A stretch of 64,000 bases of DNA from positions 5,131-69,130 of the forward strand of contig JAFUST010000104.1 in the NCBI GenBank assembly GCA_017467535.1. The letters are read 5' to 3'. The notes beneath the pieces are model-generated. The model searched no databases. It was not told the origin of the DNA and worked only from the letters and a program-made list of their open reading frames with translations. Positions 1 through 7,637 of the stretch are shown one piece after another. The stretch is from Prevotella sp. GTDB lineage: Bacteria > Bacteroidota > Bacteroidia > Bacteroidales > Bacteroidaceae. A program made the position numbers and the translations under genes. Every line of letters starts with the position of its first letter. Position 1 is the first letter of the stretch.

Positions 1-17
1 ATCTTTTTCTTTGCCAT
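1..17 (-). CDS. 5' end of a gene running off the window (MAKKK...)
   Basis: ATG at 17-15, 6 nt after the stop of the YhcH-like gene; only 5 full codons visible. Confidence 0.45.
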
Positions 18-23
18 AGCGAA

Positions 24-470
24 TTATGCTTTAACCTTGAAAATAGCCTTCTTGATCTCAGGAGCCATCGAGATGCAGGGAGCGTGGCCGTCCTGCGGGA
101 AGAAGATGGCGAACATACCCGGCTGGCAGTCGATGAAACTCTCGGCCATCAGGTCGGGATACTTCGTGATGTCCTTCTCGGCGTTGTATTCCACCTCGGG
201 CAGACGGCACAGCGGTGTGTAGCCGTAGGTCTCAGGGGCGTCGATGGGTATCTGGATGTCAATCATCCTGATGTGCGTCTCCAGCACGGCCTCGTCAGGA
301 GCCTTGCCCTTGGCCGTAGTGATATTGACAAAGAGGTCTTTGTCCTTGATGGGATACTTTCCCGCCTCCATCGAGGCCAGGTCATTGTGCTTGAGGAATT
401 CCACTACGTCGGCAAACAGGGGGTTCACGCCCACATACTTGCTCAGGTTGTCCAGTGTGTCGATAATCAT
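24..470 (-). CDS. YhcH/YjgK/YiaL (NanQ-like, DUF386) family protein, cytoplasmic
   Basis: 148 aa; MIIDTL start, E-x-H...IDIQ, YNAEKDI and FAIFFPQDGHAP motifs typical of the family. Confidence 0.85.
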   Translation of the reverse strand: MIIDTLDNLSKYVGVNPLFADVVEFLKHNDLASMEAGKYPIKDKDLFVNITTAKGKAPDEAVLETHIRMIDIQIPIDAPETYGYTPLCRLPEVEYNAEKDITKYPDLMAESFIDCQPGMFAIFFPQDGHAPCISMAPEIKKAIFKVKA

Positions 471-492
471 AATAGTATTGTTTTTAAGTTAC

Positions 493-1614
493 TTATTTGT
501 TTGCTTTACGATAGCCGTTGTCATAGGTGCCCTGCGCCACCACGTTGCCGTTGCGGTCTTTCTCCACGAACTCGCCGTGGCGCTTGCCCTCGCTGTAGTT
601 GCCCTCGAAGCGCAGGCCGTCCTTGTTCTCCTCGATGGCCGAGCCGTGGCGCACGCCGTTCTTGAACTGGGCCTTAAACTTCGAGCCGTCGGCCAGGTGG
701 CCAATGCACTCGCCGTCAGGATGGCCGTTCTTGAACTGACCCTCCACCACGTCGCCTGCCTTCGTGGTCAGTTTGCCGCGGCCGTTGGGCTGGTCAGCCT
801 TCCACTGGCCCTGATAGGTGTTTCCGTTGGCCCATACCAGCGTGCCCTGACCCTCCTTGAAGCCGTCCTTGAACTGGCCGTTGTACCTGTCGCCGTTGGC
901 ATACTTGAAGATGCCCGTGCCCGAGCGGCGGCCGTTGAAGTAGTCACCCTCGTAGATGTCGCCGTTCTGGAAGCGGTAGATGCCCTTGCCGTGCTGCATG
1001 TCAGCCTGCCACTGACCCACGTAGACATCGCCGTCGGCATACCGGTAGATGCCCTTGCCGTTGCGCAGGTTGGCCCGCCACTCGCCGTCGTAGGTTGTGC
1101 CGTCGCCCCAGTCAAAGAAGCCGCGGCCGTCCTTCTTGTCATCACGCCACTCGCCGTCGTAGTAGGCGCCTTCGGCAAAGACGTACTTGCCTCTTCCGTT
1201 GCGCTTGTCCTCGCGCCAGTTGCCGGTGTAGGTGTCGCCGTTGAAGTAGTACATCACGCCCTGTCCCTGCTGGTAGTCCTTGAACCAGAGGCCCACGTAC
1301 TTGTTGTTGTTCTGGAAGTAGTAGGTGCCCTGACCGTGCTGATGGTCCTGCAGCCACTGGCCCTCGTAGCGCTCACCGTCCACGAAGGTATAGACGCCAT
1401 AGCCCTCGCGCTTGCCCTTGCTGTACTGGCCCTCATAGGTGTTTCCGTTCGTCCAGAGCGTCTTGCCCTTGCCGTGCGGCTTTCCTGCCGCCATCTCTCC
1501 GTTGTATTGTCCGCCGTCCTTGGTGACGCACGAGCCCAGGGTGATCTTCTGGGCCTCAGCCGTGGGGGGTATCATCGTCAGGCAGGCGAACAGCAGTATA
1601 TCTCGTATTTTCAT
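493..1614 (-). CDS. Secreted MORN-repeat protein
   Basis: Many 23-aa Y-x-G-x-W-x-x-x-x-x-x-G-x-G repeats; signal peptide ending AEA-Q; start placed at ATG 1614, downstream of the promoter element at 1642-1649. Confidence 0.9.
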   Translation of the reverse strand: MKIRDILLFACLTMIPPTAEAQKITLGSCVTKDGGQYNGEMAAGKPHGKGKTLWTNGNTYEGQYSKGKREGYGVYTFVDGERYEGQWLQDHQHGQGTYYFQNNNKYVGLWFKDYQQGQGVMYYFNGDTYTGNWREDKRNGRGKYVFAEGAYYDGEWRDDKKDGRGFFDWGDGTTYDGEWRANLRNGKGIYRYADGDVYVGQWQADMQHGKGIYRFQNGDIYEGDYFNGRRSGTGIFKYANGDRYNGQFKDGFKEGQGTLVWANGNTYQGQWKADQPNGRGKLTTKAGDVVEGQFKNGHPDGECIGHLADGSKFKAQFKNGVRHGSAIEENKDGLRFEGNYSEGKRHGEFVEKDRNGNVVAQGTYDNGYRKANK

Positions 1615-1641
1615 TATTTCAGTATTCGTCCAATGAGACAA

Positions 1642-1649
1642 CAAAGGTA
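1642..1649 (-). promoter_or_regulatory. Bacteroidota -7 promoter element (TACCTTTG) for the MORN gene
   Basis: Matches TAnnTTTG, about 28 nt upstream of the ATG. Confidence 0.65.
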
Positions 1650-1732
1650 ATGAAAAAATCGCAGATGCACAAGTATTTGGTGTTAAAATATAAGAAATAT
1701 TCCATTATTTAATATTTCACTAACAGACAATG

Positions 1733-1920
1733 AGGCGCGTCGCCGCAGCAGCGCGGCAGCGCGTCATTTCGATTTCGCCATTTGCACTTTGTAGGGGCAT
1801 CTTAAAATTTATATTTATATTATTATATATAATAATATAAATATAATATATATTCTCCCTCTTGCCGCACTTTTCAGTTTTCCAAATGACGCGCCGACGC
1901 GCTGCTGCGCTGCTGCGCCT
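1733..1920. repeat. Dyad-symmetric element: 37-bp GC-rich inverted arms of 8-bp units around an AT-only palindromic core
   Basis: Arms 1733-1769 and 1884-1920 match 31/37 as inverted repeats; 1802-1854 is A/T only and holds a perfect 38-bp palindrome at 1809-1846. Confidence 0.9.
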
Positions 1921-1984
1921 TGTTAACATTTGAAATAATATTCAGATAAAACGGGAAACATTGTTTTGCATCACTTTTTCTTCG

Positions 1985-1992
1985 TACCTTTG
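1985..1992 (+). promoter_or_regulatory. Bacteroidota -7 promoter element (TACCTTTG) with no credible downstream CDS
   Basis: TTCGTACCTTTGC context like other promoters here; TTTG boxes upstream. Confidence 0.55.
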
Positions 1993-2049
1993 CCAATGCA
2001 TTTGAGACGCAACGGCCAGCAACAGCCGAAGAGACGGTTCCTTATGGGG

Positions 2050-2137
2050 GTAAGGAAGCATCCGGACGGAGGCTGCAAAGCATCGGAACGAGGCGTGCAA
2101 ACCATTGGAACAAGGCATAGGAAGCATCCAGAAGCCC
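2050..2137. repeat. Degenerate 11/22-bp periodic repeat array
   Basis: gtaaggaagca/tccggacggag/gctgcaaagca/tcggaacgagg/cgtgcaaacca/ttggaacaagg/cataggaagca/tccagaagccc. Confidence 0.7.
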
Positions 2138-2139
2138 CA

Positions 2140-3141
2140 CTACTCTGCTGAGAAGCAGACCACAAGTGGCAAATGGTCGCTGAAGCCGGGAGGCTGATAG
2201 CGATAGCCCTGGAAGGTGCGACGGGGCTTGCGGCCACCATACCGATCGTCATTCTCCAGCAGGAAGGGAGCGTCGTGAATGTAGACGCTGTCCACGCGAG
2301 CAGCCAAACGCGGCGAGGTCAGCACATGGTCGATGGAACGCCACTCGCCTCGGAAGCGATAGGTGCCGCGAGCACCGCCGTGACGGCCACGTGCATCGGC
2401 CGTGACATTGGCCAGCCCCTGTCGATAGAGATACTGCAGCGAGGGGCTGTCGGCATAGTCGTTGAAGTCGCCTGCCACCACCACACGTGCCTGAAAGCCA
2501 AGCGTCTGCATGTGCTCCACCAGCACATGGGCCACCTGAAGTCGGCGGAGCCTTGTCTGCCGTTCGCCGCCAAAGCGGCTGGGGGCATGAACGACATAGA
2601 AATGGAGCGTGTCAACAGAGCCGATGACACCTTTTATATATAATATGTCGCGCGTGGGTCGCTGGTCGGCAGTCAGGGGAACGGCTATGCTCTCATAGCA
2701 CAGCGGAGTGAAGCGACGAGGCAGATAGAGCAGTGCCACATCGAGACCTCGCACGTCAGGCGACGAGGTCATCAGGTACTGATAGCCCGCCCTGCTGAGC
2801 AGCGAACGGCGGGTCAGTGTCCGCAGCACCGAATCGTTCTCCACTTCTACCAGTGCCACCAAGTCAGGCAACGAGTCGCTCGCTGAGAGTATCTCCTGCC
2901 CTATGGCGTTCACCTTTTGCCAGTATCGGCCGCGAGTCCAGTGGCGCGTGCCGTCAGGCAGATATTCCTGGTCTTGCTTCAGCGAATCGTGGCGCGCATC
3001 AAAGAGGTTCTCGCAGTTCAGTTCAACAAGGGTGAAGGACTGCGCTTTTATGAGTGATGAGTGAAAAATGGAAAGTGAAGAGTGAATAGTGAAGAGTGAA
3101 GAATTTGCTGACGCACTCCACAGCAGGACACAGGTCAGCAT
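2140..3141 (-). CDS. Endonuclease/exonuclease/phosphatase family protein, probably secreted
   Basis: N-x-ENLFD, EVEN, GDFND, IDH and GFSDHLP motifs; start ATG 3141 or GTG 3186. Confidence 0.9.
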   Translation of the reverse strand: MLTCVLLWSASANSSLFTIHSSLSIFHSSLIKAQSFTLVELNCENLFDARHDSLKQDQEYLPDGTRHWTRGRYWQKVNAIGQEILSASDSLPDLVALVEVENDSVLRTLTRRSLLSRAGYQYLMTSSPDVRGLDVALLYLPRRFTPLCYESIAVPLTADQRPTRDILYIKGVIGSVDTLHFYVVHAPSRFGGERQTRLRRLQVAHVLVEHMQTLGFQARVVVAGDFNDYADSPSLQYLYRQGLANVTADARGRHGGARGTYRFRGEWRSIDHVLTSPRLAARVDSVYIHDAPFLLENDDRYGGRKPRRTFQGYRYQPPGFSDHLPLVVCFSAE

Positions 3142-3224
3142 AAGTCGCCTCACCCCTACAGCGGTAGCAAATTCTTCACTCTTCACTCTTCACTTATCAC
3201 TCTTCACTCATCACTTATCACTTA
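3050..3224. repeat. Inverted heptamer-repeat element (units AGAGTGA/TAAGTGA/TGAGTGA ending in AGAATTTGCT)
   Basis: gtgaagagtgaagaatttgct (~3090-3110) is inverted against agcaaattcttcactcttcac (~3166-3186); seven 7-mers at 3176-3224. Confidence 0.9.
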
Positions 3225-4781
3225 CTTCGTGACTCTCTCCAGCCACTTCACCATACCGAGCATGACGCCCATAGAGATGAAGCACACAGCCAGGAAGACT
3301 GTCCAACAGATCCAGATGGGCCACTTGTTATACATCAGCGGGCCAATCCAGAGCAGCAGGTTGCCCACGGCCGTTGCACCCAGCCACAAGCCCTGACAGA
3401 GACCCTGCAGGTGCTTGGGGGCCACCTTCGACACGAACGAAAGACCCAGTGGCGAGATGAAGAGTTCGGCTACGGTCATGAAGAAATAGTAGACGATGAG
3501 CACCCAGGGGCCGGCCTTCATCGTGGCCTTGGCTGCATCGCCAAGCGACTTGAACTCCTCGGCCGAGGGATAGCCCTGCAAGTAGGAGTAGACGGCGATG
3601 AAGAGATAGGCGATGCCCGCAATGCCCATACCATAGGCAATCTTCATGGGCGTAGAGATCTCCTTGCCGCGACGGATGAGCATGCTGAACAGCCACATGA
3701 TGATGGGCGTGAGCACGATGACGAAGAAGGGGTTGACGGCCTGCCAGATCTCAGGAGCGATGGAGTCGGTCACCACGAAGTCGCGGGCAAAGAGCGACAT
3801 CGATGTGCCGTTCTGATGGAACGAGAACCAGAAGAACACGGCAATGCCCAGCACGGCGAAGAGCGCGTACATGCGCTGCTTGATCTCCTTGGCCATCGAC
3901 AGCCGCTCCTCCTCGGTGTAGTTCTCCACGGCCTTGGCCTCTTTCTTGCCCGGCGTGGGGAATATCTTGCGCGAGTACATAAAGATGACCAGCGAGATGA
4001 GCATGGCCACCACCGATGCCACGAAGGAATAGTGGATGCCCGTGTTGAACACATCGAGATACTGTGTGCAGAACTGGCTCAGGTCAGCCGTCGAGCCACC
4101 CACCTTCTCCACCAGTTCGGTCAGATTGTTCATGGCGTCGCCGGCCATCTGAGCGCCGTCGCTCAAGTACTGATGGCAGAGGGCGGGCAGTCCTGCATCA
4201 TAGCGCAGGCCGTTCTGCTTGAGCCACCACTCGCGCAGGAAGGGAGCCACGAAGGGGGCGATGAGTCCGCCCACGTTGATGAACACATAGAAGATCTGGA
4301 AACCTGAGTCGCGCTGTCCGCGTGCTATGCGCAGGGCTTCCTCACCCTTCTTGGCGGCCTCGGCCTCGAAGTTGTCGTACATCTGACCTACGATGGCCTG
4401 CAGGTTGCCCTTGAAGAGGCCGTTGCCGAAGGCAATGAGAAACAGGGCCACGCACGTAAGCGGCAGCAGCCACGAGATGTTGTCGGCCGTCGAGAGGATG
4501 GGCACGCTGAGGATGACGTAGCCCGTGGCCATGATGACCAGGCCCGACATGATGGTACCCTTGTAATTCTGCGTGCGGTCAGCAATGATACCGCCCACGA
4601 GGCTCAGGATGTAGATGCCTGCGTAGAAGAAGGAGTAGATCAACGTGCCGTTCTCGTCGGAAAGGCCGAACTTAGAGCAGAGGAAGAGCACCAGCACGGC
4701 ATTCATGATGTAGTAGCCGAAGCGCTCGCCCATGTTGCTGAGGGCTGCAAGGAGAAGCCCCTTGGGATGATTTTTGAACAT
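3222..4781 (-). CDS. POT/PTR family proton-dependent oligopeptide MFS transporter
   Basis: HPKGL...ERFGYY, GNGLFKGN, FYVFINVG and ELFISPLGLS motifs; multiple TM segments. Confidence 0.93.
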   Translation of the reverse strand: MFKNHPKGLLLAALSNMGERFGYYIMNAVLVLFLCSKFGLSDENGTLIYSFFYAGIYILSLVGGIIADRTQNYKGTIMSGLVIMATGYVILSVPILSTADNISWLLPLTCVALFLIAFGNGLFKGNLQAIVGQMYDNFEAEAAKKGEEALRIARGQRDSGFQIFYVFINVGGLIAPFVAPFLREWWLKQNGLRYDAGLPALCHQYLSDGAQMAGDAMNNLTELVEKVGGSTADLSQFCTQYLDVFNTGIHYSFVASVVAMLISLVIFMYSRKIFPTPGKKEAKAVENYTEEERLSMAKEIKQRMYALFAVLGIAVFFWFSFHQNGTSMSLFARDFVVTDSIAPEIWQAVNPFFVIVLTPIIMWLFSMLIRRGKEISTPMKIAYGMGIAGIAYLFIAVYSYLQGYPSAEEFKSLGDAAKATMKAGPWVLIVYYFFMTVAELFISPLGLSFVSKVAPKHLQGLCQGLWLGATAVGNLLLWIGPLMYNKWPIWICWTVFLAVCFISMGVMLGMVKWLERVTK

Positions 4782-4786
4782 AGTTT

Positions 4787-5527
4787 TTATTTGATTTTAG
4801 AGTTTTTGGTTCTGCTGATATCGAAGAGATAGGTCAACTTGACCGTGATGTTCATGAAATTGGAGCGTGCAAAATAGTCGCGCTTCGAGTTGCCGTAGAT
4901 GTCGCCCAGGCCGTAGTAGTAGCGGCCCTCGAGCATGAAGTGACCCGCCTTGGGATGAGAGAACTCCAAGCCCAGCCCTGCGGTGATGCCGAAGTCGAAA
5001 CGGTTCTCTACGGCCATCGTGTCCTGGGCAGTCACGCCCAGCGTGCGCTCCGTGCGGTCATAGTTCTTCTGGGTGCTCTCGCTCAGAAAGAGCCCCACCT
5101 GCGGCCCTGCCTGGACGAAGAACTGCACGCCACGACGCTCGCGCCCCCACCCCAGACGGGCAAAGACAGGCATCTGCACGTAGGTCATGTCGCGCTGGTA
5201 AGCCTCGGCCACGCCGGTCACGGAGTTGACGATGGGCTGGTCGTCGGCATCCAGTATCTTCTCCTTCCAGCCTATCTGCGCGTAGTTCAGTTCGCCCACG
5301 ATGGCACAGATGCTGTTGAAATACTTCTCCGACGTGTAGCGCACGGTGATGCCTCCCGTCAGCCCGCCGTGCTGCGACTGGTTAACCTCAGGCGTGAAGC
5401 CTATCTGGCTGAGCATATAGCCGCCGCTGAAGCCTACAGCCAGTTCGCTGCGATGCTCGCCCACCTGCGCCACAGCGGCGATGGGCAGGACGGAGAGCAG
5501 GAGGATGAATGGCAAGATGCGTCGCAT
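4787..5527 (-). CDS. Outer-membrane beta-barrel protein (PorT/OMP_b-brl_2-like)
   Basis: Signal peptide from MRRILPF; alternating beta strands, YVQMP and EGRYYYGLGDI motifs. Confidence 0.75.
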   Translation of the reverse strand: MRRILPFILLLSVLPIAAVAQVGEHRSELAVGFSGGYMLSQIGFTPEVNQSQHGGLTGGITVRYTSEKYFNSICAIVGELNYAQIGWKEKILDADDQPIVNSVTGVAEAYQRDMTYVQMPVFARLGWGRERRGVQFFVQAGPQVGLFLSESTQKNYDRTERTLGVTAQDTMAVENRFDFGITAGLGLEFSHPKAGHFMLEGRYYYGLGDIYGNSKRDYFARSNFMNITVKLTYLFDISRTKNSKIK

Positions 5528-5531
5528 GGCC

Positions 5532-6854
5532 TTAGTAGTTGACGGTCTCAATGGTGTGGTCGGGCTTGTAGTGTACGAACATATAGGAGCGGTTCTGCAG
5601 GCCGCCGTTGCCGATGCGCTCAAACTTCAGCGGATTCTGCACCGGCTGGTAGCCGAAGCGCCCTGCAGCGCCGTCGAAGGTCTTGCCATACTTGTGCAGG
5701 CCACGCAGGAAGAACAAGGCGTGATCGAAGCCAGCCAGCGCAAAGCGGGGCAGCGAAGGCATCATGTCCTGATGGAAATGGGCCTGATAGCGGTGCTGCA
5801 GGATGAGCGACTGGGGCGTCTGCAGGTTGGTGTAGAAATAAGAGGGGATGTAGGTGTCGTACTTATGGAAGTTCTCCTGCTGGTGGCCCACATACATGAG
5901 CCACTCGGTATAGCCGAACATGGAGATCATCACATCGGGGTTGGCCTGACGGATGGCGTTCAGACGGCTGAGCGTCTGCAGCAGTTCTGGCGAGCGGGCC
6001 GTGTTGAGCACCACCAGGTTGGGGCTGTTCTTCAGGAAGGCAGCGGCAAAGTTGGCATCGCTCGACTTCAGGCTGGTCAGGCTGTACTGGCGGTCCTTCA
6101 CCTCCAGTTGTCGGCGGAGCATGGCCGTAAACGCGCCCTTCGTGCTGGTGGAGTCGGCACAATCTACGATGACAAAATGGTAGTCGCCGAACCAGTCGGC
6201 ACAGCGGCGGGCCGTGACCTCCGTCAGTTCGTCGGGCGTCTGATAGATCTGGAAGATGTGGCGGTTGACGTACAGTTCGGGCGCGTGGATAGAGAAAGGT
6301 ACGACCAGCAGGATGTCGTTGCTCTCGGCAAACGCCGAAAGGGCCGACATATACTTGGAGTAGAGCGGCCCGATGATCAGGTCGCACTTCTTGGCGTTAG
6401 GGTCCTTCAGAATGGTCTGCGCGTTGCCGTCCTCAGGCAGGTTCCAGGCATAGACGTCCACGGAGACGCCCTCCTTCTTCAGCGTGTCGCAGGCCATCAG
6501 TACGCCGCGGTAGTACTCCACCATGCGCTTGCCGTCGTTGTTCACGCTGTGCAGGGGCAGCATCACGCCCAGTTGGATACGCGTCCCCACGGGCTGCTTG
6601 GAGCCGGCATTCGTGGAAGGGCCACTCGTAATGACAGGAATACGGATGACATCGCCCTTCTTCAACTGATAGTCAGGACTCTCCATACCGGGATTGGCCT
6701 GACGCAGTTGCTCCTCGGTGATACCGTAACTATGGGCAATGCCATAGACGGTCTCTTTCTTCTTGACTTTGTGCGGTACGGTGACCTGCTGGGCCATTAC
6801 ACTTGTCCCCACGAAGAGGAACAATACCCAAAAATATCTTAATATTTTTCCCAT
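5532..6854 (-). CDS. LysM domain plus periplasmic-binding-protein-like domain protein
   Basis: HKVKKKETVYGIA...ANP LysM repeat; GVMLP...EYYRG...DLIIGP PBP type 1-like region; signal peptide. Confidence 0.85.
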   Translation of the reverse strand: MGKILRYFWVLFLFVGTSVMAQQVTVPHKVKKKETVYGIAHSYGITEEQLRQANPGMESPDYQLKKGDVIRIPVITSGPSTNAGSKQPVGTRIQLGVMLPLHSVNNDGKRMVEYYRGVLMACDTLKKEGVSVDVYAWNLPEDGNAQTILKDPNAKKCDLIIGPLYSKYMSALSAFAESNDILLVVPFSIHAPELYVNRHIFQIYQTPDELTEVTARRCADWFGDYHFVIVDCADSTSTKGAFTAMLRRQLEVKDRQYSLTSLKSSDANFAAAFLKNSPNLVVLNTARSPELLQTLSRLNAIRQANPDVMISMFGYTEWLMYVGHQQENFHKYDTYIPSYFYTNLQTPQSLILQHRYQAHFHQDMMPSLPRFALAGFDHALFFLRGLHKYGKTFDGAAGRFGYQPVQNPLKFERIGNGGLQNRSYMFVHYKPDHTIETVNY

Positions 6855-6881
6855 AATCGCGTTTTTTTCGGTTTTCGCCTA

Positions 6882-6910
6882 CAAAAGTACAAAAAATGTT
6901 TGTATCTTTG
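6882..6910. promoter_or_regulatory. Back-to-back -7 promoter elements (TACTTTTG on minus 6882-6889; TATCTTTG on plus 6903-6910)
   Basis: Both match TAnnTTTG and each points to one of the divergent genes. Confidence 0.65.
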
Positions 6911-6929
6911 CACTTCAAACCACAAGAAA

Positions 6930-7637
6930 ATGAAAAAGAAAGTAATATTTCTGCTCTCGATGGCCTGTTTCATGCCCTTAGCAGGCCTCTCGCAAAAGGT
7001 AAATCCGCTGGCCTACTACTACGACAGCAAGGAGATGACAACCGTCGAGACAACCAGCATCGAAGATGGCGAGGCCCCGCTGGACGTCACCTTCCGGGCC
7101 AACCCAGAGGATATGGGTGACTATACGCCCTCCTACGAGTGGCACTTCCGCCGACAGAACCAGAACCAGGGCTACGTGGAACTCTTCGTGCGCTATGAGG
7201 AGGAGACACAGTACACCTTTGCCGAGTCAGGCACGTACAACATCGTGCTGAAGACGATACTGGACAACAACGGGGCCGAACTGGACTCCGTGACGCTCAC
7301 CGTCACCATTCCTGAGAGCCGGCTGGAGTTTCCCAACGCCTTTTCGCCCAATGGCGACGGCATCAACGACATCTACCAGGCCAAGGAGGGCTACCGCAGC
7401 ATCGTGAAGTTCCACGCCTACATACTGAACCGCTGGGGCCAGAAACTCTACGAATGGACCGACCCTGCCAGCGGATGGGACGGCACCTATAAGGGCAAGG
7501 ACGTGAAGGACGGCACCTATTTTGTACTGGTGAAGGCCACTGGGGCCGACGGCAGGGAATACAACATCCGCAAGGACGTGAACCTGCTGAGGAAATACAC
7601 ACAAGGTGGAACGACTACAGGCGGTGGCAATGAGTAA
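6930..7637 (+). CDS. PKD-like domain protein with gliding-motility-associated (T9SS type B, CHU_C) C-terminal domain
   Basis: PNAFSPNGDGIND...NRWGQ...GWDG...GTYF motif; signal peptide from ATG 6930. Confidence 0.9.
   Translation: MKKKVIFLLSMACFMPLAGLSQKVNPLAYYYDSKEMTTVETTSIEDGEAPLDVTFRANPEDMGDYTPSYEWHFRRQNQNQGYVELFVRYEEETQYTFAESGTYNIVLKTILDNNGAELDSVTLTVTIPESRLEFPNAFSPNGDGINDIYQAKEGYRSIVKFHAYILNRWGQKLYEWTDPASGWDGTYKGKDVKDGTYFVLVKATGADGREYNIRKDVNLLRKYTQGGTTTGGGNE

Noticed and set aside
493-1614. Nucleotide periodicity in the MORN gene, the DUF4353 gene and the PE tail at 47868-47908
   Set aside because: Explained by protein repeats
244-1650. Long antisense ORFs (also 5481-6842, 21026-22396, 25193-26746, 28901-30280, 31955-33451, 39672-41354, 58287-59462)
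   Set aside because: Shadow frames opposite recognisable genes, expected with high GC3 codon bias; no motifs of their own
1720-2252. Short ORFs in the 1.7-2.2 kb and 46985-47423 intergenic regions
   Set aside because: They are translations of repeats and AT tracts with no protein-like composition
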